Source: Clostridia bacterium (GTDB lineage Bacteria; Bacillota; Clostridia; UMGS1840). Taken from it: DNA of 64,000 nucleotides. This document shows positions 1 through 9,867 of the stretch, in pieces. The notes under the pieces were generated by a model. That model had not been told where the DNA came from. It did no database searches and saw only the letters and a list, made by a program, of their open reading frames with translations. The translations under genes were made by a program, and so were the position numbers. Positions within the stretch are counted from its first letter, which is position 1; each line of letters opens with the position of its first letter. The stretch spans positions 2,970 to 66,969 of the forward strand of contig JAZRFJ010000001.1 of the NCBI GenBank assembly GCA_045661305.1. The letters run 5' to 3'.

Positions 1-1
1 C

Positions 2-652
2 GCAAACGGACTTCCCATTACAGTAAATGACCCGAATGTCGATATGAAGCTTGTGTACATAGATGATGTTGTAGCAGAATTTGCAAATGTTCTTGAGAAA
101 AAAGTGCATAAAAACGAAGAATTTTGTTATGTGCCGACAGTTCACGAAATAAAGCTTGGAAAAATAGTTGAACTCATAGAAGGCTTTAAAAAATCAAGAG
201 AAAATCTTTTAGTTCCTGACCAGAATGACGAATTTTCCAAAAAGCTTTATGCAACATATTTAAGCTATCTTCCAAAAGACAATTTTTCATATCCGCTTAA
301 AATGAATGTCGATGAGCGTGGCTCATTCACAGAATTTTTAAAAACTGATGAATACGGGCAGGTTTCGGTAAATGTTGCAAAACCAGGTATTGTAAAAGGA
401 AATCACTATCACAACACAAAAAATGAAAAGTTTCTTGTAGTTTCAGGGAAAGCTGCAATCCGTTTCAGAAAGCCCGATGAGAATGAGGTTATTGAATACT
501 TCGTTTCAGGTGACAAGCTTGAAGTAGTGGATATTCCTACTGGATATACTCATAATATTGAGAATATCGGTGAAAATGATTTAGTCACAATAATGTGGGC
601 AAATGAAAAATTTGATCCTGAAAATCCCGATACATATTTTCTTAAAGTGTAA
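2..652 (+). CDS. capF: CapF/FnlB-like UDP-sugar 4-reductase, C-terminal cupin half (5' end lies outside the window)
   Basis: The frame is open from nt 2. It carries the cupin signature ERGSFTEF..KGNHYHNTKNEKFLVVSG..GYTHNIEN typical of Cap5F/FnlB, and a CapG/FnlC-type epimerase follows directly. Confidence 0.6.
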   Translation, partial: ANGLPITVNDPNVDMKLVYIDDVVAEFANVLEKKVHKNEEFCYVPTVHEIKLGKIVELIEGFKKSRENLLVPDQNDEFSKKLYATYLSYLPKDNFSYPLKMNVDERGSFTEFLKTDEYGQVSVNVAKPGIVKGNHYHNTKNEKFLVVSGKAAIRFRKPDENEVIEYFVSGDKLEVVDIPTGYTHNIENIGENDLVTIMWANEKFDPENPDTYFLKV

Positions 653-679
653 AAGTGCAAAAAAGAAAGGAAGAAAAAA

Positions 680-1816
680 ATGTCAGATAAATTAAAGGTA
701 ATGACTATTATAGGCACAAGACCTGAGATAATAAGACTTAGTGAAGTAATAAAGTGCTGTGATAAGTATTTTAACCATGTTCTTGTTCACACAGGACAAA
801 ACTGGGACTATACTTTAAATCAGGTATTTTTTGATAATTTAAAATTAAGAGAGCCTGATTATTATTTAGACAGCGTAGGAAACCATCTTGGTGAAACAAT
901 GGGCAATATTATTGCAAAATCATATGAAGTTTTGGAAAAAGAAATGCCCGATGCACTTCTTATTTTAGGTGATACAAACTCTGCTTTATGTGCAATAAGT
1001 GCAAAAAGATTAAAAATTCCGATTTTCCATATGGAAGCAGGAAACAGATGTTGGGACTGGAATGTATCTGAAATGATTAACAGAAAAATTGTTGACCATA
1101 TTTCTGATATAAATTTACCTTACACCGAACATTCAAGACGTTATTTGCTTAGTGAGGGTATTGACGGAAAAACAATGTTTGTAACGGGTTCTCCTATGAG
1201 AGAAGTTATAAAGAAGAACATAGACGAAATAAACGCAAGTGACATTCTTAATAAAATGGGACTTGAGCCAAAGAAATATATTCTTGTTTCGGCTCATAGA
1301 GAAGAAAATATTGATAATGAAGAACACTTCCTTTCTCTTATGAACGCAATAAATGAAATTGCAGAAAAATACCAGATGCCTGTTATTTATTCAACTCACC
1401 CAAGAAGTATGAAATTTATTGAAAAAAGAAGCTTCAAATTTCATCCGCTTGTACAAAATCCAAAGCCTTTCGGATTTTTTGACTATAACAAGCTTCAACT
1501 TAACAGCTATTGCGTATTGTCTGATAGTGGAACACTTTCAGAAGAATCTGCAATGCTAAATTTCCCAGGCGTTCTTATCCGTACTTCAACAGAGCGTCCT
1601 GAAGTTTTAGATAAAGGAACTGTTGTTATCGGCGGTATAAAAGGAAAAGATGTAAAACAGGCTATGGACCTTGCCGTTTCGATGTATGAAAACAATGAAG
1701 AAGTTGTTATGGCAGAGGATTATAATGATACAAATGTTTCTGTCAAGGTCGTTAAGATTATTCAAAGCTATGCTAAAATAGTAAAATTAACAACATGGAA
1801 TAAATTTTCAGAATAA
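680..1816 (+). CDS. capG: UDP-N-acetylglucosamine 2-epimerase family, non-hydrolysing (CapG/FnlC-like)
   Basis: 378 aa. The N-terminus MTIIGTRPEIIRLS and the HTGQNWD and GDTNS motifs fit the epimerase_2 family. An AAAGGAAG RBS lies upstream. Confidence 0.7.
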   Translation: MSDKLKVMTIIGTRPEIIRLSEVIKCCDKYFNHVLVHTGQNWDYTLNQVFFDNLKLREPDYYLDSVGNHLGETMGNIIAKSYEVLEKEMPDALLILGDTNSALCAISAKRLKIPIFHMEAGNRCWDWNVSEMINRKIVDHISDINLPYTEHSRRYLLSEGIDGKTMFVTGSPMREVIKKNIDEINASDILNKMGLEPKKYILVSAHREENIDNEEHFLSLMNAINEIAEKYQMPVIYSTHPRSMKFIEKRSFKFHPLVQNPKPFGFFDYNKLQLNSYCVLSDSGTLSEESAMLNFPGVLIRTSTERPEVLDKGTVVIGGIKGKDVKQAMDLAVSMYENNEEVVMAEDYNDTNVSVKVVKIIQSYAKIVKLTTWNKFSE

Positions 1817-1825
1817 TGAGTACAT

Positions 1826-1862
1826 AAAAAAGAGCTATCTTTTTAAAAGATAGCTCTTTTTG
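1826..1862. terminator. bidirectional rho-independent terminator between convergent capG-like gene and secF
   Basis: A perfect 10-bp stem (agagctatct/agatagctct) is flanked by an A-run and a T-run. Confidence 0.75.
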
Positions 1863-1880
1863 TGTTTAGCTTTATAAATA

Positions 1881-2774
1881 TTACTTAACTGCTTTTTTAT
1901 TAGCGCCTTTCATCATAGCCCATACAGGTGATACGATGAAGATTGATGAGTAAGCACCGCCAAGAAGTCCGATTATAAGAGGAAGTGCAAATTCTCTTAT
2001 TGAGCTTCCGCCTAAGATAAAGAGAAGAACAACCATAATAAGTGTTGTGATAGTTGTATTTATTGATCTTCCCAAAGTTCCTGTGATACTCTTATCAACA
2101 ATTTCAGCCATTGTTTCTTTTCTTGCCATTTTTCTGTTTTCTCTTACGCGGTCAAACACAACGATTGTATTGTTGATTGAATAACCCAAAATTGTAAGAA
2201 TAACAGCAATAAATGAAGAATTTACTGAAATTCCGAAAATTGCATATATACTGAGCATAATGAGTACATCGTGGATAAGAGCTATAATAGCACTAACACC
2301 TGATAAAAACTCAAAACGAACTGAAATGTATATAAGCATAAGTGCGATAGCAATAAAGAGTGCAAGTCCTGCTTCCTGAGCAAGCTGTTTTCCATATGCT
2401 GCTGTGAATGAAGAAACTGAATAATCATTATAGTTTTCTGCATCAGGAACATATTTTGCCTTTAAAGCATCCAAAACTGCTTCACTCTGTGCTGTTGAAA
2501 GAGCCATTGTTTTAATTGTGAACTCTTCAGGCTTATCTGTTGTAGCCTGTGCTCTTATTGTTCCTGAAATTCCAGGAACTGCTTCTTTTACTATTGAAAC
2601 AATATCATCCTGAGAAGCATTTTTATCTGTTGTATTAAACACGATGCTTGTTCCGCCTGCGAAATCAATATCAACATTGAGTCCGCCCTGAATAAAGAAA
2701 GAAATAAGTCCTGCAAGGATTACAACTGCTGATACAGCAATGAAAATCCATCTTTTATTATAAATATTAAGCAT
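1881..2774 (-). CDS. secF: protein translocase subunit SecF
   Basis: 297 aa, polytopic, SecD/F family C-terminal half (GYSINNTIVVFDRVRE). It overlaps the secD stop. Confidence 0.9.
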   Translation of the reverse strand: MLNIYNKRWIFIAVSAVVILAGLISFFIQGGLNVDIDFAGGTSIVFNTTDKNASQDDIVSIVKEAVPGISGTIRAQATTDKPEEFTIKTMALSTAQSEAVLDALKAKYVPDAENYNDYSVSSFTAAYGKQLAQEAGLALFIAIALMLIYISVRFEFLSGVSAIIALIHDVLIMLSIYAIFGISVNSSFIAVILTILGYSINNTIVVFDRVRENRKMARKETMAEIVDKSITGTLGRSINTTITTLIMVVLLFILGGSSIREFALPLIIGLLGGAYSSIFIVSPVWAMMKGANKKAVK

Positions 2775-4068
2775 TCTCTTTTCCTCCTTTTAATGATTTT
2801 CCGCCATAAAGAGCTTTGTTTCTAATATTCATATCAACAAGTGCTTTGATAAGAAGCTGTGTGATAACAATAGCTGTGAACATAGAAACTATAATACCTA
2901 TACCGAGTGTGATTGCAAAGCCTTTTATAGGACCTGTTCCGATAAAGTAAAGAACAACTGCAACTATAAGAGTTGTAACATTAGAGTCAATGATTGAAGA
3001 TAATGCTCTGTTAAAGCCTGCGTCAGTTGCTGCACGCAATGTTTTACCTAACTTAAATTCTTCTTTCATTCTTTCAAATATGATTACATTAGCGTCAACC
3101 GCCATACCTATTGAAAGAATAACACCTGCAATACCCGGTAAAGAAAGATTTACATGAAGCACTGCGTAGATAAGGAAGCAAAGTGCTGTGTAAAGAACAA
3201 GAGCAATTGCTGACATAAGACCAGGAAGTCTGTAAAGGATTATCATAAATAACATTACAATAATAAGACCTATAAGTCCTGCCTTAAGACCTGCTTCAAG
3301 TGCGTTTGCACCAAGTGTAGGTCCTGCTGTTCTCTGCTGTGCAACTGAAAGCTTGAACGGTAACTGACCGTCTGAAATCAAAGCTGCAAGCTCATCAGCC
3401 TGTTCCTGAGTAAAATCGCCCTGAATTATAAAGCTTGTAGCATTGATTGCTTCTTTTACCATAGGAGCTGAAATAACTTCTTCATCAAGATGAATTGAAA
3501 TATACTGACCTGAAAGCTTCTGTGTTGCTTCAAAGAACGCCTGCTGAGCCTTTGGTGTAATTTCAATAGCAACAACATACCCCTGTTCGCCTGTTTCTGA
3601 GTTGTTGATATATTCTCTTTCTGCTTTCTTAACATCGTCACCTGTCATTATGATTTTACCTTCTTCGCCTTCATTTGCTGCAGGCTCTCTGAATGTAAGC
3701 TTAGCAGTCTGACCGATGCTTTCGATAGCTTCCTGTGTGTCTGTTACAGCAGGAATTTCAACTTCGAGCTGAGTTCCTTTGATTGTAACTGTTCCTTCTG
3801 TATAACCTTTTCTTGATAAACGGCCGTCAAGAATTTTCTTTGCAACTGCCATTTGTGTATCTGTAGGTTCTTTTCCGTCTTCTGTTTTTTCTGCCTGATA
3901 TACGATAACTGATCCGCCTGCTAAGTCGAATCCTTTTCTTATTCCGTGTTCGTCATCAAAAACAGGACCGATTTTCATGCTGCCAACTGTAAGTCCCGAA
4001 ATTGCAACATAACATAAAAGTACAATCACAACGAGAGTGGCAACAATTTTACTAATGCCTTTTGCCAT
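2767..4068 (-). CDS. secD: protein translocase subunit SecD
   Basis: 433 aa with a large periplasmic-type loop and six TM segments (GMAVDANVIIFERMKEE). Confidence 0.9.
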   Translation of the reverse strand: MAKGISKIVATLVVIVLLCYVAISGLTVGSMKIGPVFDDEHGIRKGFDLAGGSVIVYQAEKTEDGKEPTDTQMAVAKKILDGRLSRKGYTEGTVTIKGTQLEVEIPAVTDTQEAIESIGQTAKLTFREPAANEGEEGKIIMTGDDVKKAEREYINNSETGEQGYVVAIEITPKAQQAFFEATQKLSGQYISIHLDEEVISAPMVKEAINATSFIIQGDFTQEQADELAALISDGQLPFKLSVAQQRTAGPTLGANALEAGLKAGLIGLIIVMLFMIILYRLPGLMSAIALVLYTALCFLIYAVLHVNLSLPGIAGVILSIGMAVDANVIIFERMKEEFKLGKTLRAATDAGFNRALSSIIDSNVTTLIVAVVLYFIGTGPIKGFAITLGIGIIVSMFTAIVITQLLIKALVDMNIRNKALYGGKSLKGGKENA

Positions 4069-4198
4069 GTTTTTTTACCTCCTAATTTTTTGGTGTAGAT
4101 TATACACCATTATAATTAAACACTTCTATCAGTATACTATTTTTTTCAACTTTAGTCAAGTGTTTTTAATAAATTTTAACAAATTATACTTTAAATTT

Positions 4199-4546
4199 TT
4201 AGCCTGCTGGCCATGTAAGCTCTCTTCCGCCGATAATATGGAAATGAATATGAAAAACTGTCTGTCCCGCATCTTTATTACAATTTGAAATAACACGGTA
4301 ACCGTTTTCGTCTATTCCCTGCTCTTTTGCAATTTTTGGAATAGCTTCATATATTTTTCCTATAACTTTGGAATTTTTTTCATCCACATCATTAAGTGTT
4401 GAAATATGCTCTTTTGGTATAACGAGTATATGTACCGGTGCTGTTGGTGAAATATCCCAAAACGCATAAACATAGTCATCTTCATATACCTTTTTTGAAG
4501 GAATTTCGCCTTTTATTATTTTACAAAATAAACAATCATCCATCAT
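4199..4546 (-). CDS. HIT-family nucleotide hydrolase/transferase
   Basis: 115 aa with the histidine-triad motif HIHFHII near the C-terminus and CLFCKI at the N-terminus. Confidence 0.9.
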   Translation of the reverse strand: MMDDCLFCKIIKGEIPSKKVYEDDYVYAFWDISPTAPVHILVIPKEHISTLNDVDEKNSKVIGKIYEAIPKIAKEQGIDENGYRVISNCNKDAGQTVFHIHFHIIGGRELTWPAG

Positions 4547-4558
4547 TCTTCCCTCCGA

Positions 4559-7210
4559 TTATTTATTTATCTGTGCAGAAAGAATATCTTCAGCTTTTAT
4601 GATAGCTTCATCAATTTTGTCCTTATCTTTTCCGCCACCTTGCGCCATATCAGGTTTTCCGCCGCCTTTACCGCCTGTTACAGCAGTAACTTCTCTTATG
4701 ATATTTCCGGCATGAGCACCTTTTTCTATAGCCTCTTTTGAAGCACCTGCAACAAATGTTATTTTATCATCCAAAGCTGATGCAATAACAGTTACAACAG
4801 CATCATTAATATACTTATCTCTTATATTGTCAATCATCATTTTAAGCTCGGAAGCTTCTGAACCATCCATTCTGAATGCAAAAAGCTTTATTCCCGAAAC
4901 TTCTTTCATATTCTTTTCAATATCGTTTACTGCTCCCTTTGAAAGCTGTTGTTTAAGGCTGTCAATCTCATTTTTCTTTTCTTTAAGCTCATTTACAACC
5001 TCTTCAGTCTTTTTAACAAGGTCGCTTAAATTGTTAATCTTCATCGCTTTTGCAGTTTCAATAAGAATATTTTCTCTTTCTTTCTGATATGAAAGGTAAT
5101 TTGCACCTGTAACGGCCTCGATTCTTCTTACACCCGCTGCAACACCGCTTTCAGAAACTATTTTGAATAAACCTACCTGTGAAGTATTTGTAAGATGTGT
5201 TCCTCCGCAAAGCTCTTTTGAGTAATCACCCATCGAAACAACTCTTACTCTTTCTCCATATTTTTCACCAAACAATGCCATAGCACCTGTTTTCTTTGCT
5301 TCCTCAATGCTCATATATTCGCATTTTATATCGTATGCACTTAAAATTGCATCATTTACAAGCTCTTCAACTTTTTCTATTTCATCAGATGTCATAGCTG
5401 AAAAATGAGAAAAGTCAAATCTCAATCTTTCTGAATTTACAAATGAACCTGCCTGATTAACATGGTCACCAAGCACAGTTTTCAATGCTTTTTGGAGAAG
5501 ATGTGTTGTTGAGTGGTTTCTTGCTGTTGCAAGCCTTGTTTTTTTGCAAACACTCATTTTAACAGCATCGCCGACTTTTAAAGTTCCCTCTTCTACTTCA
5601 GCAGTATGTCCGATTTTGCCTTGTGAATATTTAACTGTATCTAAAACTACACATTTTGAAGATGATGATGTTATAACACCCTTATCGCCTGCCTGTCCAC
5701 CGCTTTCTCCATAGAAAGAGGTTTTATCTGTGATAACAGAAACCTTATCTCCAGCTTTCACCTCTGTAACACTCTTATTATCTTTAAATAATGCTATAAC
5801 CTTTGCATCACATGAAAGCTCATCATAGCCTACGAACTCACAATCATCAAGCTCTTTTAAAAGCTTTGCAATTTCGTTTTCCCATCCTAAAGATGAAGTA
5901 TCGCCTCTTGCTTCTCTTGACTGATTTTTCTGTTTTTCCATTTCTTCTCTGTATTTGTCTTCATCAACGCTAAAGCCGTTTTCTTCTGCAATTTCCCTTG
6001 TTAAATCAAGAGGAAATCCATATGTATCATGAAGCTTGAAAGCAACAGAACCGTCAAGAACAGTTTGTCCGCTTTTTTTCATATCAGCTATAATATCATT
6101 TAAAATAACGATACCTGAATCTATTGTCTTGTAGAACTTTTCTTCCTCTAAGCTGATAATCTTTTTGATATATTCCTGATTTTCAAAGATTTCAGGATAT
6201 GCGTCTTTGGACTGTGAAATAACAACATCAGCAAGTCCTGTTAAAAACATATCGTTAATTCCAAGTAATTTTCCATGTCTTGCAGCACGGCGAAGAAGTC
6301 TTCTAAGAACATAACCTCTTCCCTCGTTTGACGGAATAACACCATCCGAAACGAGGAAAACTGTACTTCTTATATGGTCTGTAACAACACGGATTGAAAT
6401 ATCTGTCTTATGGTCTTTTCCATATTCCTTGTTACAAAGCTTACATACGCTGTCAAGGACTTTTCTTACTGTGTCAACTTCAAAAAGCGAATGAACTCCC
6501 TGCATAATAGCAGCAATTCGCTCTAACCCCATACCTGTATCTATATTAGGATTAGCAAGCGGATTATAATTTCCGTCAGCATCTTTGTCAAACTGAGTAA
6601 AAACAAGGTTCCAGAATTCAACATATCTGTCGCAATCACAGCCTACCTTACAATCAGGCTTACCGCAACCGTGTTCTTCTCCTCTGTCAAAATATATTTC
6701 AGAACAAGGACCGCAAGGACCTGTTCCTATTTCCCAAAAGTTGTCCTCTTTACCAAATCTCACCATTCTATCAGGTGATACACCAACTTTTTTAGTCCAG
6801 ATGTCATAAGCCTCGTCATCATCAAGATAAACGCTCACCCAAAGCTTGTCCACAGGAAGCTGCAATCTTTCGGTGATAAATTCCCATGCCCAACCTGTTA
6901 CTTCATTTTTAAAATAGTCACCAAACGAAAAGTTGCCGAGCATTTCAAAGAATGTTCCGTGTCTTGCAGTAATACCAACACGCTCAATATCAGGTGTTCT
7001 TATACATTTCTGACATGTTGTTACTCTTTTTCTTGGCGGAGTTTCTTCCCCTGTAAAATATTTTTTGAGTGGTGCCATACCTGCATTTATAAGAAGAAGT
7101 GAATTATCGTTTATCGGAACAAGCGGAAACGATTTCATCTTCAAATGTCCTTTTTCTTCAAAGAAAGATAAAAATTCTTCTCTTATCTCATTTAATCCCA
7201 TTTTTTTCAT
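4559..7210 (-). CDS. alaS: alanine--tRNA ligase
   Basis: Class II AlaRS core, editing domain (HSTTHLL, CGGTH) and C-terminal DHHA1. I moved the start to ATG 7210 (MKKMGLNEIR), which has an AAGGAGA RBS 10 nt upstream. Confidence 0.95.
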   Translation of the reverse strand: MKKMGLNEIREEFLSFFEEKGHLKMKSFPLVPINDNSLLLINAGMAPLKKYFTGEETPPRKRVTTCQKCIRTPDIERVGITARHGTFFEMLGNFSFGDYFKNEVTGWAWEFITERLQLPVDKLWVSVYLDDDEAYDIWTKKVGVSPDRMVRFGKEDNFWEIGTGPCGPCSEIYFDRGEEHGCGKPDCKVGCDCDRYVEFWNLVFTQFDKDADGNYNPLANPNIDTGMGLERIAAIMQGVHSLFEVDTVRKVLDSVCKLCNKEYGKDHKTDISIRVVTDHIRSTVFLVSDGVIPSNEGRGYVLRRLLRRAARHGKLLGINDMFLTGLADVVISQSKDAYPEIFENQEYIKKIISLEEEKFYKTIDSGIVILNDIIADMKKSGQTVLDGSVAFKLHDTYGFPLDLTREIAEENGFSVDEDKYREEMEKQKNQSREARGDTSSLGWENEIAKLLKELDDCEFVGYDELSCDAKVIALFKDNKSVTEVKAGDKVSVITDKTSFYGESGGQAGDKGVITSSSSKCVVLDTVKYSQGKIGHTAEVEEGTLKVGDAVKMSVCKKTRLATARNHSTTHLLQKALKTVLGDHVNQAGSFVNSERLRFDFSHFSAMTSDEIEKVEELVNDAILSAYDIKCEYMSIEEAKKTGAMALFGEKYGERVRVVSMGDYSKELCGGTHLTNTSQVGLFKIVSESGVAAGVRRIEAVTGANYLSYQKERENILIETAKAMKINNLSDLVKKTEEVVNELKEKKNEIDSLKQQLSKGAVNDIEKNMKEVSGIKLFAFRMDGSEASELKMMIDNIRDKYINDAVVTVIASALDDKITFVAGASKEAIEKGAHAGNIIREVTAVTGGKGGGKPDMAQGGGKDKDKIDEAIIKAEDILSAQINK

Positions 7211-7254
7211 TTTATATGTATCTCCTTTTAAAAGGTTAATCAATAGCAAAAATG

Positions 7255-8607
7255 CTATTGATTAACACCGTATTTCTCTTTTAATTTATCTCTTCGTGTT
7301 GAAGAAATGATTGCACCGCCTATAACGGCATTCAAAAGCATAATATCAAATATGATATTATAACAGAAAAGTTTTTCAGAAATTCCTGCCTCTCCGCTTA
7401 TTATAAGAGGAGCAACAAAAGCATATAAGCTAATCAGTGCAAGTATTATCATATATAAATAGTGTGCTTTTACTTTTTTGTTTCCCTCGCTCTTTATATT
7501 AAGTCCGCAAAATACTATAATACCAAGTGCAACAGCAATAACAAACCACAAACTTGGTTGCATAAATCTTCTTTTTAATGCACTATATAAGGTAAAACCA
7601 TTTTTAAGCGTACCATCAGGCTGATTGGCAAGATACCTGGCTCGTATCTCAAAAGCATTTCCCGCAGTAATCTCAAGTTTTTCCTTGAAGAAAGACGGAT
7701 TTTTAATATAATATCCGAGAATATCCGAATAACTATAATCAATATCTATTTTTTCTTCTATTTCAAAATTAGATTTACCGGCATACTTTTCTATTAAAGC
7801 AGTATCTTGAAATGTACTGTCAACACTCATAGGATTATCCTTATATATTCCGTAAAAGGTTGAGTTTACAAGATTATCATATTTTATCTGCTCACTTACA
7901 CCGCCCCCAAAAAGTGCAGAAACGGCAGTTATAGAAAGAACACACGCTAATGATACAGATAAGATATACTTTTTATCATTTCTTATAAGAAATGTGGGAA
8001 TTATAAGTAAATTAAGAAATATTCCCAAAATAAACCAGCCCTCAGACAATCCGCCTGCAAAAAGACACAACAAGCAATAAATAACACTCATAAAAACAGA
8101 GGTTTTTACATAAAACTGCCACAGCAAAATAAATGTCATAATAAGTATTGAGGCAAGAAGTAAGCCTTGGGTTGTAATAGTGTTATAATGAAGCAAATAT
8201 GCAAAATCACCAAACACAAAAATAGTCATAAACTCAAATAAGACTGCGTGCCATTTCTTTTTGAAATTTATTTTGTAAATAATTACGCCAAAAAAGGCAA
8301 AAACTGCAAGGAACAATAAAAAACCCGTTACTCTTATATCAATTACAGGAATAATTTTAGAAAGAGGTCTTAAAATCCAGTTCATCGTGCCGTGATAATA
8401 ATTTTCATAAGGAATACTGCTGTAAGTAAAAGGGAGTAATGAAGCTGTATCTCCCGCAGCATAACCGCCCGAAGAATATTCATAAAAATTTCCACCCGCT
8501 ATTCCTGAGGGCGGTATAAGATTTGAAAACAAAAATATTACAAAAAGAATTGCAAGGGCAATATTTTTGTGCGTAATATATCTTTTTATATTTTTTGTAT
8601 TTTCCAT
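7255..8607 (-). CDS. polytopic membrane protein of unknown function
   Basis: 450 aa with more than 10 hydrophobic segments and one soluble loop. I recognise no motif. Confidence 0.6.
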   Translation of the reverse strand: MENTKNIKRYITHKNIALAILFVIFLFSNLIPPSGIAGGNFYEYSSGGYAAGDTASLLPFTYSSIPYENYYHGTMNWILRPLSKIIPVIDIRVTGFLLFLAVFAFFGVIIYKINFKKKWHAVLFEFMTIFVFGDFAYLLHYNTITTQGLLLASILIMTFILLWQFYVKTSVFMSVIYCLLCLFAGGLSEGWFILGIFLNLLIIPTFLIRNDKKYILSVSLACVLSITAVSALFGGGVSEQIKYDNLVNSTFYGIYKDNPMSVDSTFQDTALIEKYAGKSNFEIEEKIDIDYSYSDILGYYIKNPSFFKEKLEITAGNAFEIRARYLANQPDGTLKNGFTLYSALKRRFMQPSLWFVIAVALGIIVFCGLNIKSEGNKKVKAHYLYMIILALISLYAFVAPLIISGEAGISEKLFCYNIIFDIMLLNAVIGGAIISSTRRDKLKEKYGVNQ

Positions 8608-8657
8608 ACTATCTTTTTTTCTCTTTTCGATATTTTAATTTTAAGCTATTATAAAGC

Positions 8658-9026
8658 TTAGGCTTCTTCTTTTAAATTTTTTCCGCAGCTATTACAGAAT
8701 TTTGCATCGCAAGCATTATTACTACCGCAAGAAGGGCAAGAAACAACGCTCTTAATTTCATTAATTCTTGATTTTAAAGACTCTATTTCCTTATATTTAG
8801 CATCAACATCTTCCATAATAAGCTTTATATCTTCAGAAATTTCAATCCCGTTTTCAAAATCTCTGTAACAAAGAACGCCTGCATTTTTAAACATTTTTTC
8901 TATTTTCGCTTCACATTCATTTATAGAAAGATTGAGCTTTGTAACCTCGTAAATTTCTCCTGATTTTACCTTTGCAAGCTTTGTTGCCTTTGAGGCACTT
9001 TCTTTAACTTTATCAAACCAACTCAT
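8658..9026 (-). CDS. small coiled-coil protein with C-terminal zinc-ribbon
   Basis: 122 aa with a CPSCG..x..CNSCG double CxxC at the C-terminus. Confidence 0.6.
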   Translation of the reverse strand: MSWFDKVKESASKATKLAKVKSGEIYEVTKLNLSINECEAKIEKMFKNAGVLCYRDFENGIEISEDIKLIMEDVDAKYKEIESLKSRINEIKSVVSCPSCGSNNACDAKFCNSCGKNLKEEA

Positions 9027-9097
9027 AAAAAATCTCCTTTATATAGTATTCTTATTTTATTTTAACATATATTTGCCATTTTAGCAATAGTTTAGAC

Positions 9098-9862
9098 CTA
9101 AAAACCGCAAAAATGATTACAGCTATACATACTTATCGCGCCTGCAACTGCAACATTCAACGATTCAATTTCGCTTTCCATAGGAATGATATACAGTTTA
9201 TCTGCAAGATTAAGTATGCTCTTATCTGCACCATTTGCCTCGTTTCCCAAAGCAATGATACATTTCTTATCAAAATGTATTTTATTTATATCCTCAGATT
9301 TTTCGGACAGACAACTTACATAAAAGCTGTACCCCTCTTTTTTAAAGCGTTCTACTTCTTCTTCCAAAGAAGGTGTTCTTAAAATATTAAGTGCAAGAAC
9401 AGACGACATTGCCGAGCGTATAATTTTAGGAGAATAAATATCTGCCGTTTTGGAGTCTAAAATAACAGTATTAAAACCAAACGCACAGGCAGTTCTCAAA
9501 ATAGTTCCGACATTTCCCGGGTCTGAAACACCGTTTAAAAGAAGAATTTTATCTGACACATTATCATAACAAAATTCTTTCATTTTAAAAACTGCAGCCA
9601 TCCCCTGCGGAGTAACAGTATCGGAAAGCTCTTTCATTATCTGCTCGCTTACAACATAGCAGGGGCATTTATAGTCCATATCAAGAAGCTTTTCATCAGT
9701 AACAAAAATTCTTTCTGCACCACAAAGCTTCAAGCTGTCTTTTACATTTTTTATCCCTTCCGCAAAAAAAGTTTTTGTCTGCTCTCTATATTTTTTATTT
9801 TTCAATTTTTTCGTCTGAACAACGATATCATTTTTCAGACTTGTAATAGTTTTTATATCCAT
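9098..9862 (-). CDS. TrmH/SpoU-family RNA 2'-O-methyltransferase (RlmB-like)
   Basis: 254 aa with SpoU motifs (DPGNVGTILRTA, LGNEANG, SLNVAVAG). Confidence 0.85.
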   Translation of the reverse strand: MDIKTITSLKNDIVVQTKKLKNKKYREQTKTFFAEGIKNVKDSLKLCGAERIFVTDEKLLDMDYKCPCYVVSEQIMKELSDTVTPQGMAAVFKMKEFCYDNVSDKILLLNGVSDPGNVGTILRTACAFGFNTVILDSKTADIYSPKIIRSAMSSVLALNILRTPSLEEEVERFKKEGYSFYVSCLSEKSEDINKIHFDKKCIIALGNEANGADKSILNLADKLYIIPMESEIESLNVAVAGAISMYSCNHFCGF

Positions 9863-9867
9863 ATTTT

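Noticed and set aside
4037-4288. 83-aa + strand ORF, and the many 60-145-aa ORFs antisense to long genes (for example 4827..5087, 10198..10551, 13632..14006, 28575..29006, 49600..50037, 53710..54075)
   Set aside because: All are embedded antisense in well-supported conserved genes, and they lack RBSs and recognisable motifs. They are typical shadow ORFs of AT-rich DNA.
7211-7249. Longer N-terminal starts given by the ORF track for alaS (7249), murT (33568), gatD (32172), degV (26137), the thioesterase (47581), rplK (61241) and nusG (60563)
   Set aside because: The downstream ATGs have canonical SD sequences at correct spacing and give N-termini matching the conserved family starts. The longer versions overlap upstream genes or RBSs.
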